Positions 50,222 to 59,912 of a stretch of 64,000 bases of DNA are shown in pieces. This DNA is from a virus (taxonomy: Duplodnaviria > Caudoviricetes), in the IMG/VR virus record IMGVR_UViG_2895548450_000001, positions 26,778-90,777 of that record; one strand, written 5' to 3'. Both the position numbers and the translations under genes were made by a program. The first letter of the stretch is position 1. Every line of letters starts with the position of its first letter. The notes beneath the pieces were generated by a model. It did no database searches. It had not been told where the DNA came from and saw nothing but the letters and a program-made list of their open reading frames with translations.

Positions 50222-51247
50222 ATGCAAATGCAACCAATCGAATCGCTTAACGATTTAGTTAAACTCCCCTCTTTTGTACAGACGTTAGGTGACCCGCACC
50301 TAGCCCGTAAATTCAATACTGGCGTACCTACACACCGTAAAGGTGAGCGCGAAGAAATGGTGAAAGATACCTTTGCGGGTATTGTTACTGCGCCAGGGTA
50401 TAAGCTTCACGTTTGTATGGGTGACTTGTTTGATAAGTTCCGCGTGCCGGAAGAAGATATCTTATTTGCGGCCGACGTTTATCGTCTTGCGGCCAGCACT
50501 TATCCAGACCGTCAGTTCGTGATAATTCGCGGCAATCATGATGCCTCGAGAGACACCCAGTTCAAAAGCTCGTTTGATGTATTTACACAGCTTGTCGCTC
50601 ACGTTCCTAATATTCACGTAGTTGCTGAAAGCGCACTTAAGCTAACCATTGAGAAAGAGCACTTTGTTTTCTATCCGTGGCACCCTTTCAAAACGGCGAA
50701 AGAAATTGCGGCGGAGATTAAACCTCCTGTTGGGTTCTTTGCGTTTGGCCACTGGGATATTCTCGCATTTAGTGAAGATAGTTCAGCAACCGATAACTTG
50801 ATCCCTTTTGAAGAAATGCAAACCGCGCTTGCGGTTATCACTGGCCACTATCACACCCCGCGTATTTTTATGGAAGGTGATACACCAGTCTGGGTTACTG
50901 GTTCTATGCAACCATACTCACATGCTGAGGACCCAACTAACCAGCTTTATATAACAGCCACGCTTCAGGAAGCGACAGAGGCCTTAGAAGCTAACCCAGA
51001 AAGGTTTAAGAATATGAACCTTCGCGTCACGCTTCTCCCTAACGAGGCCCCTATTGCGGATGTAGATTGTTTAAGCCTGACTTTTAAACGCGTCTCGGAT
51101 AATAAAGACGACGAACTGGAAGTAAATCTAGATAGCTTTGACTTAGAAGGCATCTTCAAAGCAACAATGGCAGAACACGACGTTTCAACTGAAACAACCA
51201 ATCAACTTTGGGGCCAGTTTATGGACCTAAGCGCGGAGGCTGAATAA
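50222..51247 (+). CDS. SbcD/Mre11-like nuclease
   Basis: GDPH, GDLFD, GNHD, GHYH. Confidence 0.9.
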   Translation: MQMQPIESLNDLVKLPSFVQTLGDPHLARKFNTGVPTHRKGEREEMVKDTFAGIVTAPGYKLHVCMGDLFDKFRVPEEDILFAADVYRLAASTYPDRQFVIIRGNHDASRDTQFKSSFDVFTQLVAHVPNIHVVAESALKLTIEKEHFVFYPWHPFKTAKEIAAEIKPPVGFFAFGHWDILAFSEDSSATDNLIPFEEMQTALAVITGHYHTPRIFMEGDTPVWVTGSMQPYSHAEDPTNQLYITATLQEATEALEANPERFKNMNLRVTLLPNEAPIADVDCLSLTFKRVSDNKDDELEVNLDSFDLEGIFKATMAEHDVSTETTNQLWGQFMDLSAEAE

Positions 51248-53271
51248 TGCTTTCTTCAATTAAATATGACTTAACGTTCTCGAACGGCAAAACAATTAAA
51301 AACGAGTTGGAACTAAATGCGGGTTCAACGTTGATCACCGGCGCGAACGGCAAAGGTAAATCACTTAACTTTGAAATGGTGGGCTTTGCCCTCTTTGGTA
51401 ATAAATCCCTTCGCGGCATTGCTGGCGATTACAAGCGAATGAAGGTAGAGGTTGTTATTGCTATCAATGGCGAGACTTACACTATCACTCGTACCAAATC
51501 TAAGTCTGAGGTACACCACAAAGGTGAGCCTATCGTAAGTGGTACCAAGCCAGTTAATCAGTGGGTGGTTAGAACCTTAGGATATGGCTTTGATGTATTC
51601 CGTATTGCTCACTGGTGCGCTCAAGGTGATATCCAAGCGCTTGCGGATATGCGCCCCACGGAACGTAAACAAATGATTGATTCGGTTGCTGGCCTAACTC
51701 AAATGGATGGGCTTGCTAATAATATGGCCGGAGAGATTAGGGAACTGCGTGCGGTTATTGATACGCACAAAAAGAACTTGGTCGAGCCTGTGGCGCCTAC
51801 GCAACCTCAAACACCTAAAGCGGATATCGAGAACGCGTTATCGACGTACAAAACGAGTCTTGAGAACTGGCTAACGGCAAAAGCTGTATCGGTACCAACC
51901 GAACCAACAAAACCGGTACCACCCCAAGAGCCGATTTACCCAGACAAGCCCGAACCTCTAGCCCCGACGATGAAGGCCCCTGAGTTCCCTACGCTAAGTA
52001 ACGGTATGCCAACCACGGTATCTCAGTTAACAACGGTGGAACTGAACCTTCAGAATAACCTTGATAAAGCGGTAAAGGTTGAAGCTGAGTTCTTGCGTCT
52101 CGAGGCACAATACAAACCTTGTGAACCTAACCCAGACTGGCCAGAGCAACAGCCGCTTTATGACGCTTGGGCCGAGCACGATCGCTTTAACCGTATTCAA
52201 GAACTTAAGGCTTCACACACGATTGAATGCCCGAACTGTAAGCATCACTTCCATTTGTCGGCGGAGATTGAAGAACTAGAAAAGTTACCAGTCCGTGAAG
52301 AGGCCCCAAGCGTAACCGTTAAAGAATGGAATGAAACAAGGACCCAGATTGAAATAAACAAGAAGCATGACAGCCTATTAGAAGAGCTGCAGAGCTTAAA
52401 TATTGATGATTTGAGAACCGCGCTTCACGAAGTTCGCACGGCTAAGTCTGCAATACTTCAGTTTGAGAAAGAGAACAAGGACTATAAGAGCCATGTGTCT
52501 AATATCTCTCAGATGAATGAACAGCAAAGTAAAAACTGGGAAGGTACCTGTAAGCGGATAAAAGACCAGTTTGATAATCAAATGCGGATGTATGATAGTC
52601 AAGCCACCCATTTTGAAGGTTTGAAGCAAGCTTACGGTGAAGCTAAAGCGAGGTATGACGAAGCGCAAGAAACGCTTAAAGGTATTACTCAGCAATTCCC
52701 TGAGAATACCGAAGCGACCCTACGTAATGTGATTAGCCAGCTAGAGTCGGCCCGTCAAGAATGGGCGAACTACGAGCATCTTTCTGGCCAGTACGAACAG
52801 GCTTTGGCCACCTATAATAAAAGTATTGAAGGTGTAGCTGCCGAGGAAGCGCGTTTATCGGAACTGTCTCGGGCTCGTGAAGCACTTAAGGTAGTGAAAG
52901 CTAAGGTTCAAAGTCACCTATTGCCTTCACTTAATAAAGTGGCCTCGATGCTTATGAGTGAAATGACCGGTGGCGAATTCCAGTCTGTTGAAGTAGGGCA
53001 AGATTTCGAGGTTGTTGTTGATGGCCAGCCGCTAAGAACGCTGTCAGGATCGGGTAAAGACCTTGCTAATTTAACACTGCGAATCGGTTTAGGTCGTATT
53101 TTGACTCACCGTGTATTACCTTTAATGATGCTAGACGAGATTGATAGTGCTATGGACGACACCCGAGCCAGCTTCACATGGCAATGTATCCAACGTATCA
53201 CGCCACATATCGGACAGGTTTTACAGGCATCACATAAAGAACTCGATGCCGAGAACCGCGTAGCTGTTTAA
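51247..53271 (+). CDS. SbcC/Rad50-like ATPase
   Basis: GANGKGKS, CPNC zinc hook, LSGS, LDEID. Confidence 0.9.
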   Translation: MLSSIKYDLTFSNGKTIKNELELNAGSTLITGANGKGKSLNFEMVGFALFGNKSLRGIAGDYKRMKVEVVIAINGETYTITRTKSKSEVHHKGEPIVSGTKPVNQWVVRTLGYGFDVFRIAHWCAQGDIQALADMRPTERKQMIDSVAGLTQMDGLANNMAGEIRELRAVIDTHKKNLVEPVAPTQPQTPKADIENALSTYKTSLENWLTAKAVSVPTEPTKPVPPQEPIYPDKPEPLAPTMKAPEFPTLSNGMPTTVSQLTTVELNLQNNLDKAVKVEAEFLRLEAQYKPCEPNPDWPEQQPLYDAWAEHDRFNRIQELKASHTIECPNCKHHFHLSAEIEELEKLPVREEAPSVTVKEWNETRTQIEINKKHDSLLEELQSLNIDDLRTALHEVRTAKSAILQFEKENKDYKSHVSNISQMNEQQSKNWEGTCKRIKDQFDNQMRMYDSQATHFEGLKQAYGEAKARYDEAQETLKGITQQFPENTEATLRNVISQLESARQEWANYEHLSGQYEQALATYNKSIEGVAAEEARLSELSRAREALKVVKAKVQSHLLPSLNKVASMLMSEMTGGEFQSVEVGQDFEVVVDGQPLRTLSGSGKDLANLTLRIGLGRILTHRVLPLMMLDEIDSAMDDTRASFTWQCIQRITPHIGQVLQASHKELDAENRVAV

Positions 53272-53344
53272 CTTTTATAGGCTGGTGAAAGCCAGCCGAA
53301 CCTACCCTTTAGGGTATAACTTTTAAAATTTGGAAATTGACGAT

Positions 53345-53593
53345 ATGACGAACTCAGCTAATGATAACTACCCTGTTGCTATTAATGTGACTACTAGCCT
53401 AAGAACCGTACCACTCACTAAATATTGTGAACTGTCTGGTGAAGACATAGAAACGGTACGACAGAGAATTAAACGCGGACACTGGGTAAAAGGCGTACAT
53501 GCAATTAAGCCACCCCATATCCGCGAACTTTGGATTGACTTAGAAGCGGTAGAACAATGGATAAGAAATGGGGGCAACTCCCTCGCGGGGTAA
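53345..53593 (+). CDS. xis: Excisionase
   Basis: VPLTKYCELSG...WIDLEAVEQW; overlaps integrase. Confidence 0.8.
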   Translation: MTNSANDNYPVAINVTTSLRTVPLTKYCELSGEDIETVRQRIKRGHWVKGVHAIKPPHIRELWIDLEAVEQWIRNGGNSLAG

Positions 53594-54795
53594 CTATTCG
53601 GCCTGGGGCCAAAGAAGCCCGTATTCAAATTAACTTCGAATACAAAGGGGTTCGCTGTCGCGAACTCCTTAAGGTTCCAGTCAACAAATCTAATATCCGA
53701 TACGCGGGTAACTTACGCGGCGAGATATTAAATAAGATCGAACGTGAAACTTTCCGGTACGCGGATTACTTCCCGAGCTCACCAAAGCTGAAAATATTCG
53801 GTGGCGCGGTAGCGTGGGGCAAGACTGTTGAAGCGTACTTAGAGGAATATATTGAGAGCGTCAAGAAACGGGGGCTCTCACCTTCCACGATTAAAGGCTA
53901 CGAAAAACTTAAGACCTCGGTTAAGGAGCTCCACCCTATTCCGGTAACCGAACTTTCCCCACAAGTTTTGAAAAGCTTTGTTCTCAAGTCTGGGAACTCA
54001 CCTAAAACCCTGCGAAACAAGTTCAGCTTTTTACGTACCGCGCTGGCCGAGGCCGTAACCGACGGACTGGTATCTACCAACCCAATCGACGGTGTGAAGC
54101 TTTCTAACTACGTGGAAAAAGATAACAAGGTCGATTTAGACGGTGGCCACGATGATATTGACCCGTTCACGCCGCAAGAAGTGGAAGCTATCTATGAGCA
54201 TTGCAGACCGGAAGAACTTAATATCGTTGAGCTGGTTTTCAATACAGGGATGCGGCCTAGTGAATGGTCAGCGCTTAAATGGAACGAGGTTGATTTCATT
54301 CACAACACTTTAGTCGTAAAAGCGGCCATTGTGCATAACGAGATCAAGGGTCCCAAATCGAAAGCCGGTAAGCGTGCCATACCTTTAAATGAAAGTGCTA
54401 TGAATGCCCTGAACCGGCAAAGAGAACTTTCCTATCTGGGTCGTGGTTTTGTGTTCCCTAAAAACTTAAAGTTTGGAATGGAACTGCCAGAGGGGGAGTT
54501 GAACCGGATAAACCCAGACTCATTTCGTAAACACAAATGGAGTCGAATTCTCACTGCGGCAAAAGTAAGGTACCGGTACCCCTATCAAATGCGTCATACT
54601 TTCGCGACCCGACATATTAGTGAAGGAATAAACTTGTGGCAGTTGGCAAATTGGATGGGCCACTCTTCGCCAGAAATGCTATTTCGACACTACGGTAAAT
54701 TCATTGAAGATTATGAGAAGAAAATCCAAAATGACACGAGCGCGGCACGAGACACCAATGGCCCGAACAAAAAATCAAGTTTATCAGCTATTTAG
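53557..54795 (+). CDS. int: Prophage tyrosine integrase
   Basis: Arm-binding N-domain, TGMRPSE, YQMRHTFA, MGH, HY. Confidence 0.93.
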   Translation: MDKKWGQLPRGVTIRPGAKEARIQINFEYKGVRCRELLKVPVNKSNIRYAGNLRGEILNKIERETFRYADYFPSSPKLKIFGGAVAWGKTVEAYLEEYIESVKKRGLSPSTIKGYEKLKTSVKELHPIPVTELSPQVLKSFVLKSGNSPKTLRNKFSFLRTALAEAVTDGLVSTNPIDGVKLSNYVEKDNKVDLDGGHDDIDPFTPQEVEAIYEHCRPEELNIVELVFNTGMRPSEWSALKWNEVDFIHNTLVVKAAIVHNEIKGPKSKAGKRAIPLNESAMNALNRQRELSYLGRGFVFPKNLKFGMELPEGELNRINPDSFRKHKWSRILTAAKVRYRYPYQMRHTFATRHISEGINLWQLANWMGHSSPEMLFRHYGKFIEDYEKKIQNDTSAARDTNGPNKKSSLSAI

Positions 54796-54804
54796 GGAAT
54801 AATC

Positions 54805-54835
54805 GACGCGGGTTCAAATCCCGCCAGCTCCACCA
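54805..54835 (+). other. ssrA: att site: duplicated 3' end of tmRNA gene (fragment only)
   Basis: GACGCGGGTTCAAATCCCGCCAGCTCCACCA = T-arm, acceptor strand and CCA typical of ssrA; no 5' part upstream. Confidence 0.88.
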
Positions 54836-54847
54836 ATTCAATAAATT

Positions 54848-54872
54848 AAGACGTCCTAGGGCGTCTTTTTTT
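54848..54872 (+). terminator. Terminator after ssrA 3' end
   Basis: AAGACGTCC/GGGCGTCTT stem plus T run. Confidence 0.75.
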
Positions 54873-54949
54873 ATGTCTGCAACAACGTAATATCAATAAC
54901 TTAGCGTATTTTAACGTTCAATAGCTTCCTCTAGCTTCTTTGATCTTTA

Positions 54950-54998
54950 GGTACACCATTGGGTACACTACGCAAACTAGATGAAATTGGTGTACCCA
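54950..54998. repeat. GGTACAC direct/inverted repeats, likely integrase arm sites
   Basis: GGTACAC at 54950 and 54962, GTGTACCCA at 54990. Confidence 0.55.
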
Positions 54999-55000
54999 TT

Positions 55001-56242
55001 ATGGCAAAAGTTACTACACGGCTCTCTGATAAAGAAATCAAATCTGCAAAGCCAAGCGAAAAAGAATATAACCTGTTTGATGGAGATGGCCTGCGACTTC
55101 GTATTAAGCCAAATGGTTCTAAAAATTGGATATTTAATTATTACAGGCCTACTAGCCGTAAAAGAGCTAATCTCAGTCTAGGTAAATATCCTGACCTATC
55201 ACTAGCGAATGCTCGTAAAGCGACGCTTGAAGCAAACGAGTTACTTGCCCAAGGCATTGACCCTCAAGAAGAACGAAAACGTCAGCAGCAGGAATATAAG
55301 TCTGGCCACCAGCATACATTCAGTAACGTAGCTAAAGAATGGTTTGAAATTAAAAAGGACGATATTACACCTGATTACGCGGTTGATATCTGGCGCTCTT
55401 TAGAGCTACACATATTCCCTTCAATATCGAAAGTTCCGGTAAGTGCTATTACTGCCCCACAAATTATCGACTTACTTAAGCCAATCGAGGCTAAAGGAAG
55501 TTTAGAAACGGTAAAACGCTTATCACAGCGCCTAAATGAAATAATGAACTTCGCTACAAACTGTGGATTTATTCAAGCTAACCCACTTGTAGGGATTAAA
55601 GCTGCATTTAAAAAGCCGAAAAAGGAAAACATGGCTGCACTGAAGCCAGCAGAACTACCTGAGCTTATGGGTGCAATTGCTAACGCTAGTATTAAGCGAA
55701 CCACACGCTGTCTTATTGAGTGGCAACTGCACACTATGACAAGGCCGAGTGAAGCATCTGGTGCTATGTGGAAAGAGATTGATATGGAAAGTAAGGTTTG
55801 GACAATTCCGTCGGAACGTATGAAAAAACGCAGAGATCAGCGTATTCCACTTACTGACCAAATGTTGGCTATTCTCGAAGTTATGAAGCCAATCAGCGGT
55901 CATCGAGAGTTTATATTCCCTTCTGACCGTGACCCAAAAAAGCCATGTAACAGCCAGACTGCAAATATGGCACTTAAGCGAATGGGCTTTGCTGGCCGTT
56001 TAGTGAGCCACGGTCTCCGCTCTCTGGCAAGTACTACGCTGAATGAACAAGGTTTTGACCGCGATTTAATTGAAGCCGCGCTTGCTCATGTAGACGACAA
56101 CCAAGTACGAAGTGCCTATAACAGAACTGACTATTTAGAGCGCCGCCGCCCTATGATGAATTGGTGGAGTGAGCATATTCTTGAAGCTGCGATGGGCTGT
56201 AATTCCATTGCTAGCGTTAACCTCTTTAAAGTGTATTGTTAA
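55001..56242 (+). CDS. intA: P4/CP4-57-type tyrosine integrase
   Basis: LFDGDGL, LGKYPDLSLA, TRPSE, SHGLR, LAH, AYNR. Confidence 0.92.
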   Translation: MAKVTTRLSDKEIKSAKPSEKEYNLFDGDGLRLRIKPNGSKNWIFNYYRPTSRKRANLSLGKYPDLSLANARKATLEANELLAQGIDPQEERKRQQQEYKSGHQHTFSNVAKEWFEIKKDDITPDYAVDIWRSLELHIFPSISKVPVSAITAPQIIDLLKPIEAKGSLETVKRLSQRLNEIMNFATNCGFIQANPLVGIKAAFKKPKKENMAALKPAELPELMGAIANASIKRTTRCLIEWQLHTMTRPSEASGAMWKEIDMESKVWTIPSERMKKRRDQRIPLTDQMLAILEVMKPISGHREFIFPSDRDPKKPCNSQTANMALKRMGFAGRLVSHGLRSLASTTLNEQGFDRDLIEAALAHVDDNQVRSAYNRTDYLERRRPMMNWWSEHILEAAMGCNSIASVNLFKVYC

Positions 56243-56378
56243 CAAGCTTATAAAACTATATTTTCCTATTAGGCCGCACTGCTCATGTTTTTAATTAAGC
56301 GGAAATTATGCGGTTAAATATAGTAGGTTCCGCTTTGAAAGAAGACAATGCCCCTTTTCAGTGCTCAGAGAGATTTTA

Positions 56379-56558
56379 ATGGGAATAGACAAAATTAATC
56401 AGCTCCAATTTTGCAATTTGCAGTCGAATCAAAAATATAGGCTACTCCAATTTCTGGAGCAAAAAGATAAAGAGATACTGCTTCATTCGATCGCAAATTA
56501 CATCTCTCTCCCGATAGAGCAGATAGAATTTGCTTCGGCTCCTGAATATATTATATGA
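56379..56558 (+). CDS. Short ORF, possibly frameshifted N-terminus of the helicase
   Basis: Overlaps helicase ORF; deleting one T at 56529-56531 fuses them. Confidence 0.4.
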   Translation: MGIDKINQLQFCNLQSNQKYRLLQFLEQKDKEILLHSIANYISLPIEQIEFASAPEYII

Positions 56559-58278
56559 TGCCTTGGTAACTTTCTCTGAACAAGTTAAAGAAACGGCTGA
56601 CTTTGATGAAAAACTAATCTTAGAATTTCTTGAATCTTCAAAGTTTTATGACACTACAGAAAAAGCACTTGTAGTTGACACTAGCATCAATAGCCTAAGT
56701 ACTGAAGACTCTAAGTCCACTACCAAAATAAGTTTTCAAGACAAACTTTGTCCCCCCCCAAATCTTTATAACGCTACTGTAAGGTTCAACGTTCAAAAGC
56801 CTACACTAGAACAACAAGAAGCTCTTGATCTTTGTAGTGGAGGAATACTAGTTAATAGTTTTGCAGGCACTGGTAAAACAACATTTTCAGGACAGGTAGC
56901 CGAAAAGCTAGGTTATGACAACACATTGTACACTGCTTTTTTAAAGGAAAATGCGAGCGAGGCACGCGAGCGAGTCACAAAGCAAGCATATACCCAAGAT
57001 GCATTGGCATACCACTATGTATTGAAATGCTCACCTTTTAAAGACTCTTTGAATCCTAAGTTGGCAAAAAAGCATTCCGATGCAACAGCGCTTCAAATGC
57101 TATTGGGATTGCCAGTGAAATTGGATTTAGGGGGAAAGACTGTAAAGTCTTACGTCATTTCAAGATTAATACAAGAAACTGTTTATAATTTCTGCAATAG
57201 CATTGAAGAAGAAGTCTCTGTAGCACATGTTCCTAAACAAGTTTTTTCAGCGCAAGCAGTAAAACAAATCAGAGTTTGGGCGACAGCGTACTGGGACTTT
57301 TTGATTTCTTCGCGCAATCACGACAAACACATAATTAAGTTTTCTCATCTCATGAAGTTCTGGGCATTGAGGCCCGATATCCAATTACCATACGAATTTT
57401 CAAACTTCATAGTAGATGAAGCACAAGATACAAACGGGGCGTTCTATCAAGTAATGCAGAATCATATCGATCGCAACTTTGTCGTGATAGGAGACCGCCA
57501 TCAGCAATTATTTCAATGGCGAGGGGCGATAAACACCATGAATTTGTTTAAGTTGCCAAAGAAATCGCTAACGATGTCACATCGATTCGGTGAAAGTATT
57601 GCTAATGTAGCTAACAATGTTCTGGCAAAGCACAGCGAGCCGCCTAGCGCGCTAATAACTGGTAACCAAGACCTCGAATCAAAAATTGTTTATTACCATC
57701 CAAATGAGCCTTTCCCGAAGGACGTAGGTGCTATTCTAACGAGAACTAGAACAGAAATAATTTCCATCGCTAAAAATGAGATTGAGCAGGGTCATGCAAT
57801 CAGTGTCAAAACTGAATTTAATAGTATTAGGTTTCTCTGCCAGAATATTATTGCCCTAGCTGAAAATAGACATAACGACATTAGACATCCAACAATAGCT
57901 AACTGTTACTCACTGAGTAATCTGGAAACTGAGCTAGAAAATTCGCCTGATGGCGATCTGTACTTTGCGCTCAAACTATATAAGAAATTTAGCAAAGAGA
58001 TTTTATATATCATTGACCAAGTGGAACGACTCAATCAACCAGAGTCAGAAACTACTCGGCTAATCAGTACGACTCACGCTTTAAAGGGCCGCGAATGGAA
58101 AACGATAGTAATCGCAAGCGATTATTCATATTTGATAGAGTCGCCAAATGTGCAGATAGATGACGAATTATGTGTTTTATATGTAGCCATTACTAGAGCA
58201 AAAAGAAAAGCTTACATGCCTTATGGCCTAAAACCTTATTTCGATAAACACAATAATATTGCTAAATCGCAACTATAG
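56530..58278 (+). CDS. UvrD/Rep-like SF1 helicase
   Basis: AGTGKT, DEAQD, GDRHQQ, SHRFG, KGREW, LYVAITRAK. Confidence 0.9.
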   Translation: MLRLLNILYDALVTFSEQVKETADFDEKLILEFLESSKFYDTTEKALVVDTSINSLSTEDSKSTTKISFQDKLCPPPNLYNATVRFNVQKPTLEQQEALDLCSGGILVNSFAGTGKTTFSGQVAEKLGYDNTLYTAFLKENASEARERVTKQAYTQDALAYHYVLKCSPFKDSLNPKLAKKHSDATALQMLLGLPVKLDLGGKTVKSYVISRLIQETVYNFCNSIEEEVSVAHVPKQVFSAQAVKQIRVWATAYWDFLISSRNHDKHIIKFSHLMKFWALRPDIQLPYEFSNFIVDEAQDTNGAFYQVMQNHIDRNFVVIGDRHQQLFQWRGAINTMNLFKLPKKSLTMSHRFGESIANVANNVLAKHSEPPSALITGNQDLESKIVYYHPNEPFPKDVGAILTRTRTEIISIAKNEIEQGHAISVKTEFNSIRFLCQNIIALAENRHNDIRHPTIANCYSLSNLETELENSPDGDLYFALKLYKKFSKEILYIIDQVERLNQPESETTRLISTTHALKGREWKTIVIASDYSYLIESPNVQIDDELCVLYVAITRAKRKAYMPYGLKPYFDKHNNIAKSQL

Positions 58279-58661
58279 TCCAAAAGGAATTATTTTGGCT
58301 TAATAGATGAGTCGCTGTGCAAATCAATGCTAACCAAGTAAGAAGCGTACGAAGCAAAAACTGATTACTTTGCGTGCTACTGTCCAGCAACTGGACTCAT
58401 AGAGTAAGCATAATCTAAGTACTTAAATAAGATAGCAGTAGTCTTACTATTCCTTTAGTGAAATGAGAAACTAGGTTCTGGCATTTTCCACCTTGTATCT
58501 GTTATCTTAACCTTTGTTCTATTCAACTAACGTACAGTAAGCCCCCTTTTTTGTATACCAAAGTCGTGATTTATCAGTACGGTCGACTATTTGAGGTTGA
58601 GAATGTCAGATGGAAGTTTGGTCTAAAAAAGAATAAAAGATAAAATTATAAGAGAATAAAA

Positions 58662-59912
58662 ATGGAATTAGCATATACATCAAGGAATATAAGAAAAAGA
58701 ATAACAATTCTCGATATCAGGAAAAATCGAAATCTAGAAGGTTCAGTCCACAGGGAGAATCTAGCTAAAAATGCGAGTAAAAGCACTCGCAATGAAAGCC
58801 TCTCTTGTGACCTTAAAGAAATTAAATTGCATGACAGAAGCGGGGTTGTTTTTCAATCCCTTGAAACTGAGCTTGTTTTTAGACTATTGAGCAAGAATTT
58901 AAAAACTTGCTACAACATCCAGTTGAATAGTAGACAAACGATAATTGAAAACTTGATCTCCTTCCTTGAAGAGAGTTTCACGAAAAGCATTTACAGATTT
59001 GATATCCAAAAATTCTATCAAAATATTGATGTTTACAGGTTACTTGAAAAAATTAGAGCTGATGGCTTGATATCAAATACCTCGCTAAAACTTATCGAAA
59101 AACTCCATCAAACTCTAAAAAGCAAAAAGATAAAAGGGCTACCTCCAGGCCTATCTATATGCGGCGTATTAGCAGAAATATGGATCAAAACGTTTGATCA
59201 GAATATGCGCAACGTAGATGGGGTGCTATTTTTCGGCAGATTTGTTGATGACTTTATAGCAGTTACCGATACGAAAATCACAGCATCTCACTTCCAGAAA
59301 CAAGTGAATTTTGCGTTGCCCGATGGATTGAATACACATCAAAAAGGGGACAAAAAAACCACAATAGAGAATATTGGCAAATCAGGAAGTAGTAACAAGC
59401 CAAATAGGAACGTTTCATATCTAGGCTATAATTTTAATATAACCAATAGTGAAGATGACAAGGATTCGTTTGTAGGGAGGAAAAAGAGAAAAGTAGAGAT
59501 AATGATATCTCATGATAAGTTTAGCCGAATGAAAAGAAGGCTGTTTAGTACTTTAATTTCTTATGCAAAATCTAACCGAGGTGAAGAAGATTTAAAGTTA
59601 TTGCGGTTTAAACTTCAATACCTCACTAGCAATCAAGAAGTTGTTAAATCTATAGATGGAAGAAAAGTGAAAGTAGGTATTTACTACAATTACAATAAAA
59701 TTAGTGAGAAGCAGCAACTTTCAGAGTTAGATAATTACCTTTTAGGATTTGCTTATGGAAAGAGCAGATTGTTCAAAAGTTTAAAGCTTACCAAGTTTAA
59801 CAATGTAGAAAGAAAAGTCATATTATCTCACTCATTTTTAAGGGGGTTTGAGGAGAAAATATTTTATAACTTCTCTCAAGATATGCTCACCAGTATAAAG
59901 GGGGGATGGTAA
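58662..59912 (+). CDS. drt3a: Antiphage reverse transcriptase Drt3a (UG3-type)
   Basis: RFDIQKFY, GLPPG, RFVDD, YLGY, GIYYNY; TAATG-coupled to second RT. Confidence 0.85.
   Translation: MELAYTSRNIRKRITILDIRKNRNLEGSVHRENLAKNASKSTRNESLSCDLKEIKLHDRSGVVFQSLETELVFRLLSKNLKTCYNIQLNSRQTIIENLISFLEESFTKSIYRFDIQKFYQNIDVYRLLEKIRADGLISNTSLKLIEKLHQTLKSKKIKGLPPGLSICGVLAEIWIKTFDQNMRNVDGVLFFGRFVDDFIAVTDTKITASHFQKQVNFALPDGLNTHQKGDKKTTIENIGKSGSSNKPNRNVSYLGYNFNITNSEDDKDSFVGRKKRKVEIMISHDKFSRMKRRLFSTLISYAKSNRGEEDLKLLRFKLQYLTSNQEVVKSIDGRKVKVGIYYNYNKISEKQQLSELDNYLLGFAYGKSRLFKSLKLTKFNNVERKVILSHSFLRGFEEKIFYNFSQDMLTSIKGGW

Larger units (their letters stand above)
1..54835. mobile_element. Temperate prophage (right part), integrated at ssrA; left part and attL outside window
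   Basis: Capsid/portal/terminase, replication module, xis+int ending 10 bp before an ssrA 3' fragment; ATTGACGAT start motif seen only in this span. Confidence 0.93.

Noticed and set aside
2191-53347. TTGACG motif as a sigma70 -35 box
   Set aside because: It abuts start codons, so a -10 would lie inside the genes; no consistent -10 seen
54805-54835. Complete tRNA or tmRNA gene
   Set aside because: Only T-arm and 3' acceptor strand present; upstream is integrase coding sequence
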